A stretch of DNA of 64,000 bases. Source: Elsinoe ampelina (taxonomy: Eukaryota). A program made the position numbers and the translations under genes. Shown piece by piece: positions 35,987 through 47,597 of this stretch. The notes under the pieces were generated by a model, which ran no database searches, was not told the DNA's origin, and saw only the letters and a list, made by a program, of their open reading frames with translations. Position 1 is the stretch's first letter. Each line of letters opens with the position of its first letter. The stretch spans positions 371,413-435,412 of the forward strand of contig ML992516.1 in NCBI GenBank assembly GCA_010093995.1, in the 5' to 3' direction.

Positions 35987-36881
35987 CGTTGGAAGTGGTA
36001 TTAGGATTACTGGGAGATGCTGAAGTTGAGGTAAGTGATAGAGGTAGACCCAAGGTAGGGTTGACTGATGCAAGGAGAACTGGTTGAACCAAACCTACGA
36101 CATGGACAAGGATGGGAGAATATATGCTTGTTCATGGTATACCGTGGGCTGGCAAGCGTATACAATAGCGTGAACTTGACTTTGTTGTCTGTGTCACGAC
36201 ATGATGGCACATGCAAGTTGCGGTCATTGAGAAGGACAAGCGAGGGCAAAAGCTTGATACGACGACGACGAGGCGGGTGCAAGATTCGACTTGTTCCTTG
36301 ATTGCAGATGTGTCGATGATGCACGAGTCCAATCAGGATAGCCGTTGGATGAGAGTCGCAGCTAAGCGCTGTCAATCTTGTGATGGGATTGGTTGAAAGA
36401 GGAAAAGTGAGGTGGCAGGCGGCAGAAGCGGGAGACTGGGGATCGTCAATTTTTCGTGGCGGGGAGGCGTTCGACGTCAACGCACAGACCACGCTTGACA
36501 GGTGTGGACATCAAGATTCGGATCCACGGCAGCACATGTCAACCACATGCATCATAAACGTGGAAATCAAGTTTTGGGGAGATCTAGAACAATTGTATTG
36601 TGATGGTAGATCTGTCAAACATGCCAATCGACCAGTTCCACGGCTCTGAGCCTTGCCGAGCTCTCACGTTACCAGACAAGTAAATACCTGATTCCATGTC
36701 AGCTTTGAACAAGGTCATTAAACGACAAGAAGCTGAAATTCGTAAAGTCGATCAGACAGCAGTTGGACATGGCAAATCCACATGTGTTTTTCGGTACAGG
36801 TCTGTGATAAAAAGTGCCGTATCATCAGGGAATAAGAGACTAGGAAAGAGGGGGAAACACATACCACTTGGTGAAAGGCAA

Positions 36882-37993
36882 TCATTTCTTTGCTTTCTTG
36901 AAGAATGAATCAAGACTTTTCTGTCCCTCATCGTACTTGGAGCTGCCGATCCCGCCCCGGGCTCTCTTGACTCCACGTAGATGTTCTTGACCATTCACGG
37001 TCAAAATATTCACATCGTATGATGCCAAACCGCGACTGCGAGGTGGAACGTTGAAAAGGACCGACGGAGTGTCCGGGTCTGCTACTTCACCTGTTGAGAT
37101 CGGCACTGGTGGGGTGGTTGTGTCACCGTCAACTTCAGTTGAAGCTGCCTCGTTGGTGGTCGAGGAGGGAAGAGCATCGCTCGCCGGCACTGTGCCTTGA
37201 CCATTGGACAGTAGCTGGAGATCGTTGACCAAGCCTGCATCTGGGTCGCTTCTGCTTGTCAATCTGACTTCCAAGAAGCCAGTATTACTCCAGCCGCCGA
37301 GGTGCTCCAAGATGATCTGCCCTTTCGCGGCAGTGACTTCCGGGGCAATGGTAATGCTCTTCCTCGCAAGGCGCAACAGGAATCGTCTCCAGAGATTGGA
37401 AAGCAGGATACCATGAGACACCACTGCAATTGCTATATCCTGTCCATCCCGTTCGTGTATAGCCGGGACCAGGAACTCGTCAAGGAACTCGTCACAGCGC
37501 TTTGCCATTGACTCTTTGCTTTCTACGTCTTTGAAGTTCGGGTCTTGTCGATGCTTGTCGTAATGTGCATCCTTGCCCGACTTGTTGGACTCCGATGATC
37601 TTGCATAGAACGGCTTGCCCTCATAAAAGCCAAAATCCTGCTCAATCAAGAGCGGTGTCTTGACAATTGTCGCTTGAGAGCGTCCAGGATCTGCATCACC
37701 AGCGCTGGTTTGCGTGCCGGTTTTCCCGTTCTGAGCATCGAGGATGGCTTCGGCGGTCCGTCTTGCGCGCTGCAATGGCGAAGCAAGGATGAGCCCGACA
37801 GGACAGCGAGACTGTCTGAGGTAGTCCGCTAAGCTTCGGGCTTGCAGAATGCCATGGTTGGTGAGCTCAGAGTCTCTTACTCCGGCGCTGAAGAATGGTC
37901 AGTCGAGCTCCCGAATTCAGTAGCATGGTCAACTCACTATATCCCTCCCACATTATCCACCGTCTCGCCGTGGCGTACAAAGAAGATCAACAT
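36882..37993 (-). CDS. Histidine phosphatase / phosphoglycerate mutase family protein (TIGAR-like)
   Basis: MLIFFVRHGETVDNV, intron 37888-37937, SELTNHG, SPLQRARRTA, EQDFG, VVSHG. Confidence 0.88.
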
Positions 37994-38734
37994 GCTGCCC
38001 GTGGGACCACATGCTGTTGGATTGGCTGGTCCAGGCGGGAATGTGCATGTAGAAAGTTGAGGTCCTGAGCTTGGAATTTGTGCAGATTTTTGGACGTGCT
38101 TAGTCATCATTCGACCTCGTCCGTGCTGGTCTAAAATCTTTCTCCATGTCCAACAACATCAAGAGTTTGCGATATGCCTGACTTGCTAAATCGACCGTCT
38201 CAGTGGTCGTTTCTGGTAGTTCTTACTCCCGTGAAGGTGACGATTCTGTTTATTTGGACTCCTGCACGTGTTTGCCCCCGTTTCTCCAGCTCAATCATTT
38301 CTGCCGCCACAATCCGTCACCCAACATGCACTTTCACGACGCCGTGACCAAGCTTTTGCAATCTGCCTGTTGGTAATGCTTCTCTGCTTCGTGAACATCT
38401 GCATCGGTCTTGTCAACCTTTTCCTTCTTGTCCATCCACTTTCACCCAGCAATCTCCCAGCTTCAAGCTTCATTCACTCTTCGACCGCCGTGACGGATCG
38501 TGGAATACCGAATGCAAGCTATCATTTGTCGCTGCGTTTGGCCTACTATGAGCACAGATAATTGGGCGACAAGTTTTGTCGTATGACGTGCTAGGAAAGG
38601 CCAAGAACACTACTGCAGACAATCCAAGTGAATCGACACAGCTCAGCCATCACATGCCAAAGCCGAGGGACAATTGACATCGGTCGACTACGAACACACC
38701 AAAGGGACTATCAGGCCCTCCTTCGCAATTGACC

Positions 38735-41002
38735 ATGACTGAATCATGGGACTGGGAGAACCTCGATAGCTTGTCTGGTGCGGGTACTGGTCTCAACTTC
38801 GGACTCACATCGCTAGATGCGGACGAAACTCAGGATGCTACCGACACTGATATGCTCGGTAAGCAGACAGCGGATCTGCCCCTTGACATCAACAACCTGG
38901 ACCTGACAGGCATCGATCTCGATTCCTTGATTGGAACTCGCCCAACCAAGACCAGACCAGACCGTGGAGTCGACACAGATTCGGAGGCAGAGGTGTCAGA
39001 GGGCGAGGAGCAAGAAAAAGCAAGAAAAGCCTTTCTTGAAAGGCTGCGACCAGGACGTGGTGGTGGTCAGGCAGTAGACACCTATGTCGACCATGATGAG
39101 TCCGGAGACTGGGATCCAAAGTCTGAGACTCTTGCAAGTAGAGCAGCATCGAAGAAGTCAGGCAAAGACGCTGAAGTCCGCAGGGCAGAAGAAGCGGAGA
39201 GGCTGGAACGGAACATCCAGGAATGGGGGGAGACGACAAAAGTGTGTGACAGGACAAGGCACACTGGATGCCGATTCGTCTTCACCATCGCCGTCACCAA
39301 CAACAAGATGGAGGACGCCGTGGCCAAGATCTCCGACAATTGGCCAAACCTCGCCTGTCTCCAACGACCTCTTCTGAGGGCCACACTATGGGAAGATGGT
39401 ATCTCCAACAAGAACCTTGTCGACAATGATCTCCGACAGACGCGCGGTAATGCAAGGGAAAGACCTGAGGTCTCTGTGGGCGATCCTCAGCGCAATGGCT
39501 GCTGGGGTTGTTACGGCAAGGAAGAATGCTCACTGCGACAACATGATCCGACCAAGTGGCCATGCGATGCTTGCGAAGACATCGGAGAGGAATGCGAGCT
39601 CATCCGGCCTCCCACGAAAAAGCTATCATGCACGACATGTAAGGCTAAGAGACTCCGTTGCACCTTCGCAGATGAACCAACTACCAATGGACCATGTCAG
39701 CACTGCCAAGAACATGGTATCCACTGCATTGCTGGACCAACCAAAGATGGTCTGCCGATCCGCTACATCTGTGAAGCTCCTGGTAGAGGTCCTCGTCCCA
39801 AGCTTTTCTCTCACGATGTCCAGGAAGAAACTTGGGGACATTGCAGCTATTGTCAAAGCTTGGGGACGGACTGCTCGCTTGGAGCCGAAGAGGGCAAGAT
39901 GCCTCTCACAGAGAAACCTCCATGCAAGAATTGCGAATTCGAAGGGCAGGCATGTGATGGTATACCAATCGTCCAGAAAGCAAAGGCGACAAAACCGAAG
40001 GTCACGAAGCCACTGATCAAGAAACTGCCGAACATACAGCCATTGATCGAGAAAACGACGACAAATACCCCAAAGACCATACAGCCAAAGATCACGGAGA
40101 CAGCGATCACAAAGGCAGTAATTCCAAAGTCACCGATCACGACACAAGCGATCACTGAAGCGAAAACCACGAAGCCATCTGCCAGGAAGAGGAAATCAGC
40201 TCCGATCTTCGAGGAAGACGAGTGTGATGCTGTCGAGGGTGCTACTACTGTGCCAGCTGGGCTGCCGACTATGCCACAGCCGTCACCTGGAAAGAAGGCA
40301 GAGACCAATATCTCATCCACTGCATCCAAGACCACTACCAGTGATGATGGCCTGTTTGTCAGCCAGGGCAAGGATGACGAGGTCGAGGGAGGCACAGAAC
40401 CACCTCGCAAGCAGCGCAAGATCACCATCATCGAAGCACCCAAGCCGATCTATCTCTCCGAAGCTTCTCGCCTCTTCCAGCCTATCCATTTCCATTCCCA
40501 ACTATGTTGCGTCCTCTGCTGCTCCACATTGTACGCAGTGCTTGGCAAGAAGGCTGATACGTTCGTCAAGGAGATCCAGGAATCCGGTGGCTATGAAGGG
40601 ACACATATCTGCGGCAGCTGTACCGACCTTCGCATCTCCATCCTTAAATGCAAGCAGCACCAGATGGTCCCGTGCGGTATCTCGGAAGGCAAGAACTTCT
40701 CGACCCTGTTTCCTAAATTATTGAAGGATGAATCAAACAAGGCTGACCCTTGGTGCTTGCTCTGTTCTAATCTGGCCACTCACAAGTGCGAGGTGAAGGG
40801 TGACGGGGACGAATCTAATGGGTGCGGGTTGATTCTATGCGACTATTGTGCAAGAGCAATGAGGAGATCAAAGGGTGTCTTGGGGACGTTCATCAGAGAT
40901 ACGCCGACCACAAGGACTAACGCCAGACCGATGGGATTGAGGGCTGATGTGGAACTGCTGCGTGATGGAGAGCATTTGAGCACGCTTGCTCTACAGAAGT
41001 GA
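38735..41002 (+). CDS. Cys-rich protein with three tandem Zn2Cys6-like clusters and a C-terminal Cys-rich domain
   Basis: CWGC..C..PCDAC..C; CTTC..C..PCQHC..C; CSYC..C..PCKNC..C; basic NLS-like RKRK; further CxxC motifs near the C-terminus. Confidence 0.75.
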   Translation: MTESWDWENLDSLSGAGTGLNFGLTSLDADETQDATDTDMLGKQTADLPLDINNLDLTGIDLDSLIGTRPTKTRPDRGVDTDSEAEVSEGEEQEKARKAFLERLRPGRGGGQAVDTYVDHDESGDWDPKSETLASRAASKKSGKDAEVRRAEEAERLERNIQEWGETTKVCDRTRHTGCRFVFTIAVTNNKMEDAVAKISDNWPNLACLQRPLLRATLWEDGISNKNLVDNDLRQTRGNARERPEVSVGDPQRNGCWGCYGKEECSLRQHDPTKWPCDACEDIGEECELIRPPTKKLSCTTCKAKRLRCTFADEPTTNGPCQHCQEHGIHCIAGPTKDGLPIRYICEAPGRGPRPKLFSHDVQEETWGHCSYCQSLGTDCSLGAEEGKMPLTEKPPCKNCEFEGQACDGIPIVQKAKATKPKVTKPLIKKLPNIQPLIEKTTTNTPKTIQPKITETAITKAVIPKSPITTQAITEAKTTKPSARKRKSAPIFEEDECDAVEGATTVPAGLPTMPQPSPGKKAETNISSTASKTTTSDDGLFVSQGKDDEVEGGTEPPRKQRKITIIEAPKPIYLSEASRLFQPIHFHSQLCCVLCCSTLYAVLGKKADTFVKEIQESGGYEGTHICGSCTDLRISILKCKQHQMVPCGISEGKNFSTLFPKLLKDESNKADPWCLLCSNLATHKCEVKGDGDESNGCGLILCDYCARAMRRSKGVLGTFIRDTPTTRTNARPMGLRADVELLRDGEHLSTLALQK

Positions 41003-41486
41003 TGAGGTTTAATGGGCAGTGCATACGAATTGGATCCAGGGTAGTGGTTGGAAGGAGAGGGGACATGCTTGGTGGCAAGTAAGCATTTAGCTCTCGGGTA
41101 TCTTAGCGAGGATTCAACGGTTCACTGTTCTAAACAATGATGTGCTATCATATATGTGTCCGCGACAAGCTGACTGGCCTAACCCCTCGTCTTGATTGCA
41201 TGGTGCGGAGGCGAGTCCGAAAAAGGCAGCTCAATCACCGGATCTGTTCTGATTCTGACCCTTCTTGATGCACCATTAAACACAAGCTCTACACGTCAAG
41301 CTTTTTGCATCAAATCAAGCGTGAAGCGTGCCGAACATGATGGGGGACCATGACAGGTGGCGCTGTTCGGAAGCCCCTGAGCTCGAGCACGTGGAGCCTG
41401 TCAGCATGCCCACGTTACAAGCTTCGGCTCAGATAAGTCCTCGACAGTCCCCGGCATAGATTCACATCCTCAGCAAGCCGTAGAAT

Positions 41487-42575
41487 ATGCATTCCGCTAA
41501 GCTTCTCACGGCTGCCATCTGTATCCTCGGCGTAGCATTGGGACAGTCTGATCCCGAACCTGATGTGGTCAACGTCAACTATGGCGCCTTCACCCAGACC
41601 GCCACCTACTCGATAGCCAAACAGCTTGGTGTCTTTGAAGCGTATGGTCTGAATGTCACGTATCTGCAGATTCCCAATTCGACTTTCGGCTACAATTCAG
41701 TACTCAATGGTGGCTATGATGTTTTGACTGGGACAATCGATAATGTGGCGAATCTCCGCTTCAACCAGGGTCGACCACTTACTGTTCTTGGTCAGTTAGA
41801 TGCTGGACCGGACATTACGATTGCCAGCGTGGCTAACATCACTTCGATACTCGATCTTCGTGGCAAATCCTTGATGGTAGACAGTGCGACTTCTGGATAT
41901 GCCTTTCTTCTCCGCAAGATCCTGTCTTTGTACGGACTTCGACTGGAAAACAACGATTACTCATTCGTCGTGGTAGGAAGCACCAACATCCGATATGCTG
42001 CACTCAGGAATGGTACCTATAATGGACAGCCAGTCTACGCCACGATCTTGACCTATCCATTCACTGCACAAGCACAGTCGCCATCAGACGGACAGCAGCT
42101 GAACATCTTGGCCCGAGCATCAGACTTTGTAGCGCCTTTCGCCAGCAGCGCCATCACAGCGAATGAAGCTTCACTGTCCGATCCTGACAAGGTCGCCATT
42201 CTCACTCGCTTCGTCGGTGCTCTGTATGAGGCAAACCGCTATCTGGCGTCCACCGAGGAGGGAGCTAAGGATTGTGCTGTGCAAGCCATAACCAACCAAC
42301 TTGGTATTACCACCGCCGTCGCTGAGCTGGAATATGCTGCTGCTACAGACCCCTTGAGCGGGGAAATCAGCACTGGACAGCAAGGAAACCTCACGGTCGA
42401 CAGGATCGGTCTGCTGAATGTGTTGGATGTGAGGACGCAATTCGGTGGGTTCGGTAATGCTACCAATGGTTTCAACTTCATCGACGGTATTACTCCAGGG
42501 ACGGGAAAGATGATCGATTACACCATATTGGAGGCTGCCATTGCTGGTAGTAGGAACGTGAAGATTGAGTGCTGA
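41487..42575 (+). CDS. Secreted periplasmic-binding-protein type II (NMT1/THI5/SsuA-like), intronless
   Basis: Signal peptide; IAKQLGVFEAYGLNV and ITSILDLRGKSLMVDSATSGYAFLLRKIL resemble bacterial NitT/TauT-type substrate-binding proteins. Confidence 0.72.
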   Translation: MHSAKLLTAAICILGVALGQSDPEPDVVNVNYGAFTQTATYSIAKQLGVFEAYGLNVTYLQIPNSTFGYNSVLNGGYDVLTGTIDNVANLRFNQGRPLTVLGQLDAGPDITIASVANITSILDLRGKSLMVDSATSGYAFLLRKILSLYGLRLENNDYSFVVVGSTNIRYAALRNGTYNGQPVYATILTYPFTAQAQSPSDGQQLNILARASDFVAPFASSAITANEASLSDPDKVAILTRFVGALYEANRYLASTEEGAKDCAVQAITNQLGITTAVAELEYAAATDPLSGEISTGQQGNLTVDRIGLLNVLDVRTQFGGFGNATNGFNFIDGITPGTGKMIDYTILEAAIAGSRNVKIEC

Positions 42576-42866
42576 TTGTGATTGGCTACCGGCGACCAGG
42601 GTGACTGGGAGACACGGGAGCATGTGATATCTGGCATGCACATGCGATGAAATCTTTTCGACCTTCTATTTTGTTAATCCACAAGCGGACTTCACTTCGT
42701 GACTTGTCCGTCTGACCCATCCTGTCACAATTGATCGTAGTCACCATCCATTGCGCCCACGGCACTATCAAACAACAACGCTATGCCTAGGAAAGCTGGA
42801 TTCTCGCCTGACAAGAGCCTCTCGGTCTTTAGCCATCACCATGTACCATCCGAACGTTTCACACAC

Positions 42867-43569
42867 ATGGCCACCGAAGTCTTCAGCAGCCATTACCTGA
42901 CCGAGATGGTCTTGTACTACGTGGATATCAAGGACCTTGCGACTACAGCCCGCCTTGTCTGTACCGACTGGAAGAAGACGATCGATGGCTCCAAGAGGAT
43001 TCAGAAGAAGATTTTCCGTCTACCGGAGCGATACCAGGATCGTCGCAACTACCAGATATGAAGTCAGCAAATGCAAGCATCTAGGCTTCATGAGCTGTCA
43101 GCGTTGTTCCCCACGTGGTGTTGTCAAGTCGGCACCAGCATGTCTTCTCAATACCATACCCATGCGACATGCACTGATGAGGGCTGGCACGACAGACATA
43201 AATGGTATCTACACTGCCATGAATATCGGCAAACTGCAACGGTCGGGCAAGATAAAGTACGTCACAGACATGTTCGTCACGCAGCCGCCAGTCCAAACGG
43301 TCATCCTGCGGGTCTTTATCAAATCTCACGTTGGGGACGACCCTATCTGGGATTTCGAGACAACGCTGATGACAGAGGGAAGGGCGTTGAGGTGGGGCGA
43401 TATCATCGACTCTGTCCAGCGTAGAGCGGCTCGCCAAGGAAGACATTCAAGGCATGATCGAATTGGCATCGAGATTGGGGCTCTCCGTTCCATCATGCTT
43501 GATCCGAGGTCATCAAAAGTCCAATCAGAGGCCGTCAACGAGGACGGAGAGCTCAGATACAGGTTCTGA
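42867..43569 (+). pseudogene. F-box domain protein (paralogue 4) with apparent +1 frameshift near 43025-43060
   Basis: Frame A: EVFSSHYLTEMVLYYVDIKDLATTARLVCTDWKKTIDGSKRIQKKIFRLP, stop 43061. Frame B carries DMFVTQPP and LRWGDII. Confidence 0.65.
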
Positions 43570-43791
43570 GCTGCGCGCAGATACCGAGAACCGCACAACA
43601 GGGAATAGATACGAATCAAGGCACTATGGTCGACCGCTGCTATTCGAGCGTCAGTATGCTTGATATGGGTCTGTATCGGAAGGAGACCTGGTCTCGATCA
43701 CGAGGTCATTGAGGGACGGTTGGACAGCAAGATGGAATGTCTGGCATGTCCGGGCTGCAAGTCTGAGAGTAGCTGGGCTACACAATGTAAC

Positions 43792-44499
43792 TCACCAATG
43801 ATGCACAACTGACGGTTGCCATCGATCCCCTTGCAGCACTTCATACACTACTAGAAAGCTTATCATCCCCATCATGATACCTTCGTATCTCCTTAGTGTA
43901 TGCACCAGCTCCAGCTCCGGTCCATCCTCGTTCCTGATCCGCAAGCCCACCGACGCCACATCCACAATCGCATAATGCATACCACCCCAAGCAATATCCA
44001 CTGGTACTATCCCTATTCCTGGCACCTCCACCATGTGATCCAACACATACACAAAGGACGGCACATTCGTAAAAGCCACACTCGTACACTTGCAACCCAC
44101 ACACTCCGCCTCCACCGTGATCAACCCCGCCGGCGTATCCAACTTGACCTCCGTCACCGGCTCATTAATCTCTATCATCCCCGTCTCAAGCAGCACAGTC
44201 GTCGTACAGATCGTATTACTCCCGGACATGGGCGGGTACTCATCACTCTCCAGCACCAGGAACCCCGCGTCTGCAGCCGGGTTGCAAGGTGCCAGAATCA
44301 TGTTCATGCATTGCGAGACTCGGCCGCGGGGTTCCTGCATGAGAAGCTGGCGTACGTCGTCGGCGTGGTCTCGGAAATGGACGAGTTTGTCCCACATTGT
44401 TTTGCAGTGCGTGGGGTCAAGAACGCCGCCGGTGATGACGTCGCCGACTTCGCCTTCGCAGTGGACGCCGACTATGGAGATGGCTCGCTTGGAGCGCAT
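43792..44499 (-). pseudogene. 3'-truncated proline racemase family gene
   Basis: HCEGEVGDVITGG, LLMQEPRG, PPMSGSNTIC, LDTPAGLI, FTNVPSF, VDIAWGG present; similarity stops near 43910; no DRSPCGTG motif seen downstream. Confidence 0.75.
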
Positions 44500-44885
44500 G
44501 GTCGGATGGGAAGGTAAGATATGAAAGACAAAAGGAAGAAGACATTGATGTGCAGGTTATGGTTGGTAGATTGCGGGGTTGATCACGTGCCAGGGCTGGC
44601 AGTGGTGCTGGTGGCCTGCCTTGACGGGAATGATGATCTCTAGACTTTGACTACATGTCTTGATACTTCGCGGGATGTCATCGAAGCTGACTGACAGGTA
44701 GCTTACCACTCTTGGTATGCTTGATGCCAATGTTCAGGCCTCCAGTAGTCTCTTTGACTCATCATTGGCATGGAGGAACATATCGGTCTGACCATGTCGT
44801 TCATCAACAAGGGAAGGCTTGGTTTCACGAGCGACGACGCACAACCTCCATCTTCATGTGTATACAGCCTCGATCACCAAACACA

Positions 44886-45641
44886 ATGCCGACTGCGAGA
44901 GGCGATCGCCAACGAGCAGCGACCACTCTCGCTCAAACGATTTTCAGTAGTCCTTACCTTACAGAAATTATCCTCTCCCACTTGGACGCTCACAGCATCA
45001 GCGGCGTAGCACATCAAGTATGCCGAGAATGGAAGATCATGATCGAAACCTCCCCCAGCATTCGACGGAAGCTCTACCTGCAACCAGACAAGAGCGAGAC
45101 TGTCACAAGAAGCGCACCCAGATGGCACTCCCAGGCCAATCACGAAGAGAAATGTACTTTCTGTAAGGGAGAGTATGCCCGACTACCCGCAGCGTCAAGG
45201 CCTTTTGATCGACAAATTGACGCTCATGTACTCAACCCTCTCCTCTCGCTGACTGCCTTTACTGCAACCGTGCACTGCCTAGGAGATCTTGCTCTAGGCC
45301 CACTTTCACTGTGCTGGAGTATAAAGCAGATATTCAACCGTCCAGAAGACGCAGCCTGGACACAGATGTTTCTGACCATGCCGCCGATCAAGAAAGCAGT
45401 TCTTGGAGTTACCATAGCCAAGGGGAAATTTCGCAGCATCTCGACCGTGTACCATTTGGAAGTCAATGGAGGAATCAAGATTATTGACCTGCTGTCAATG
45501 TTGGCTATTCGAGCGAGAGAGGAGTTGTGGAAGTCGAGGCTCGTATATGTCAGTCTGGACCTGAAAAACAACCTGGTCATCGATGGAACAGACACGGAGT
45601 ATGAGGTCTGTGAGGGATGTGATCATTGTCACCCCTACTAA
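44886..45641 (+). CDS. F-box domain protein (paralogue 5), intronless
   Basis: IFSSPYLTEIILSHLDAHSISGVAHQVCREWKIMIETSPSIRRKLYLQP; LNPLL; AAWTQMFLTMPP; GGIKI. Confidence 0.8.
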   Translation: MPTARGDRQRAATTLAQTIFSSPYLTEIILSHLDAHSISGVAHQVCREWKIMIETSPSIRRKLYLQPDKSETVTRSAPRWHSQANHEEKCTFCKGEYARLPAASRPFDRQIDAHVLNPLLSLTAFTATVHCLGDLALGPLSLCWSIKQIFNRPEDAAWTQMFLTMPPIKKAVLGVTIAKGKFRSISTVYHLEVNGGIKIIDLLSMLAIRAREELWKSRLVYVSLDLKNNLVIDGTDTEYEVCEGCDHCHPY

Positions 45642-46665
45642 GCTTTGATGGAGAATCCGATCATTTCTCATGCTCAAAGTTTCCATGCAAGTCGGACGGC
45701 TACAGACCTTAACCTTACGAGTGTACCCCACGAAGTATAGAATCTCGAGGCACGATATCCCACCTCGGTGGACGTATTTCGCCGTATGTACCTCTCGAGA
45801 TCTTCAACGACGAGTCTTTCGTTTCCTCGGGGAAACATTCTAGCCCGCTTCATCGCTGCTACACCTCAGTTGATTATCAATTCAAAGACAGATAAGATAC
45901 CCGCTGGCACTACACGCGACATGGACGGAGATCAAGCATCGACCGAAACAATCCTGAACTCTGAGCAAGGCTTCTTGCAAATGATATATGCCTCTTGTCG
46001 ATATCTCGAATGGATATATGGGGATGTCTGGCCTTTAATCGATTATGCCGAGATTAGAAGGAGCTTCAGCTCATTTGAAGCTATGGATCACTATCTGACA
46101 ATGGTATCGATGTATCTCTTTGAGAATCTTCTTTTTCTACCCATGCAGGATCTGGTCACCTTGACAGGATATATCGCGCGGAGGATCACGCACGTGCGGG
46201 CTACTATTCAGTAACGGATCGCTCTCACTATTACAGATCGTTAGACAAGTCCTGGACGCGACCTAAGGAAACTGCGGAATCGATTACGGTCTGAATGGCA
46301 TGAGGATATACAGGCTGGAGCTCGACTGGCTAAAATAGGGCGGTGGTACCTACAGACCAGTCAGTAAACAGGGGCATCACATCGGTCAATCGCATTTAGC
46401 ATCTTCGTCTAAGGCTTATCGAGTCGAAAGTCTTTGTTCCGTTCCCCTTTCCTCACCACTATCTCCGCCAAGAATGGATCATTGCTGACATGGACGGGAA
46501 ATGTCTCAAATAGCTCGTTATGGTCTTCGTCGTGTTACATACGACAACAATGAACTACCAGTGTGAAGGCTGTACAAATTCGTCTTCTCTTCTTGGTCTC
46601 TATTCAATCTCAGTCTACAGCCTCAGCTTTCTACGTACTCGAATTGGGATATTAACAAACCGAAG

Positions 46666-47597
46666 ATGCAGAAACAACAACGACCTTCCGCCGCTTGTCA
46701 AGCAGTCTTCTCTTCACCTCTACTCAGTGAGACCATACTAATCAATGCAGGCATAAGGCACTCCTTACAGGGGCCATCGGAGTCTGCAAAGAATGGGAAG
46801 CCGCGATCGATGGCTATGCGCTATTGCAAAATATTCCATTCTTCCAGCTTAATCATCGTCCTCGGAAGCTGGATCCTCTCAAGTGCTCATTTGACGGCGT
46901 GATGCGCGACAGCGTCACCACTATTCATCCGGGGTCCTGTTCTATTGCAAGGACTACAGCAGACGACAAAGAGCTGGCGGGATACCCAGCCCACTTGGTG
47001 AATCCTCTCCTGTCGAACATCAACGAGAAAAATATCACCTGGCATGAGTTTGTGCTCCGATGCGGGCCTGACGTGGCTTTCGAACGTGAGGAAAAGACAG
47101 GAGATGCAATCAAGAGTTCATGGCGCAGGATGTACGCAACATAACTACCAATTACCAAGGTGGTCACCAAGGTGGTCATCAAGCTTGCCAACAAGTTCAC
47201 CAAATTCTATCCAGGAAACGTGGTCGAAGATCCCAAGGGTGTCAGAATGAAAGCGATTTGCCAGGTGTAATTGGCAGAGCTGCGAATGGTTCGGAGCCTT
47301 TGGGACAGGGTAACGAGGGAGCTCAACGAACCTGGCGATAAACCCCACAGTATCTGCTTTGCGATCTCTGACGACAAGGTTATTGTCACGGCGCTCGCGC
47401 CTGAGGTTGCGGAGGACTGGTACATGAGAGAAGTATGGCACCATCTTCTAGAGACGCACAAGGTCTACGCACGTGGAGGTCTGAGCAAGCCACTGAGGAT
47501 CAAGGTTGGCAGACGGATCATCAAAGAAACAGAATCAGAGCAACGGGTATATCGCAGAGAGAGCTCGTGGCTTAAAAGACGTGGTGTTCAATTGTGA
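46666..47597 (+). pseudogene. F-box pseudogene (paralogue 6): one frameshift and two in-frame stops
   Basis: VFSSPLLSETIL, frameshift ~46755, ALLTGAIGVCKEWEAAID..LQNIPFF, LVNPLL, SSWRRMYAT*LP (TAA 47142-47144), second TAA 47268-47270. Confidence 0.8.
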
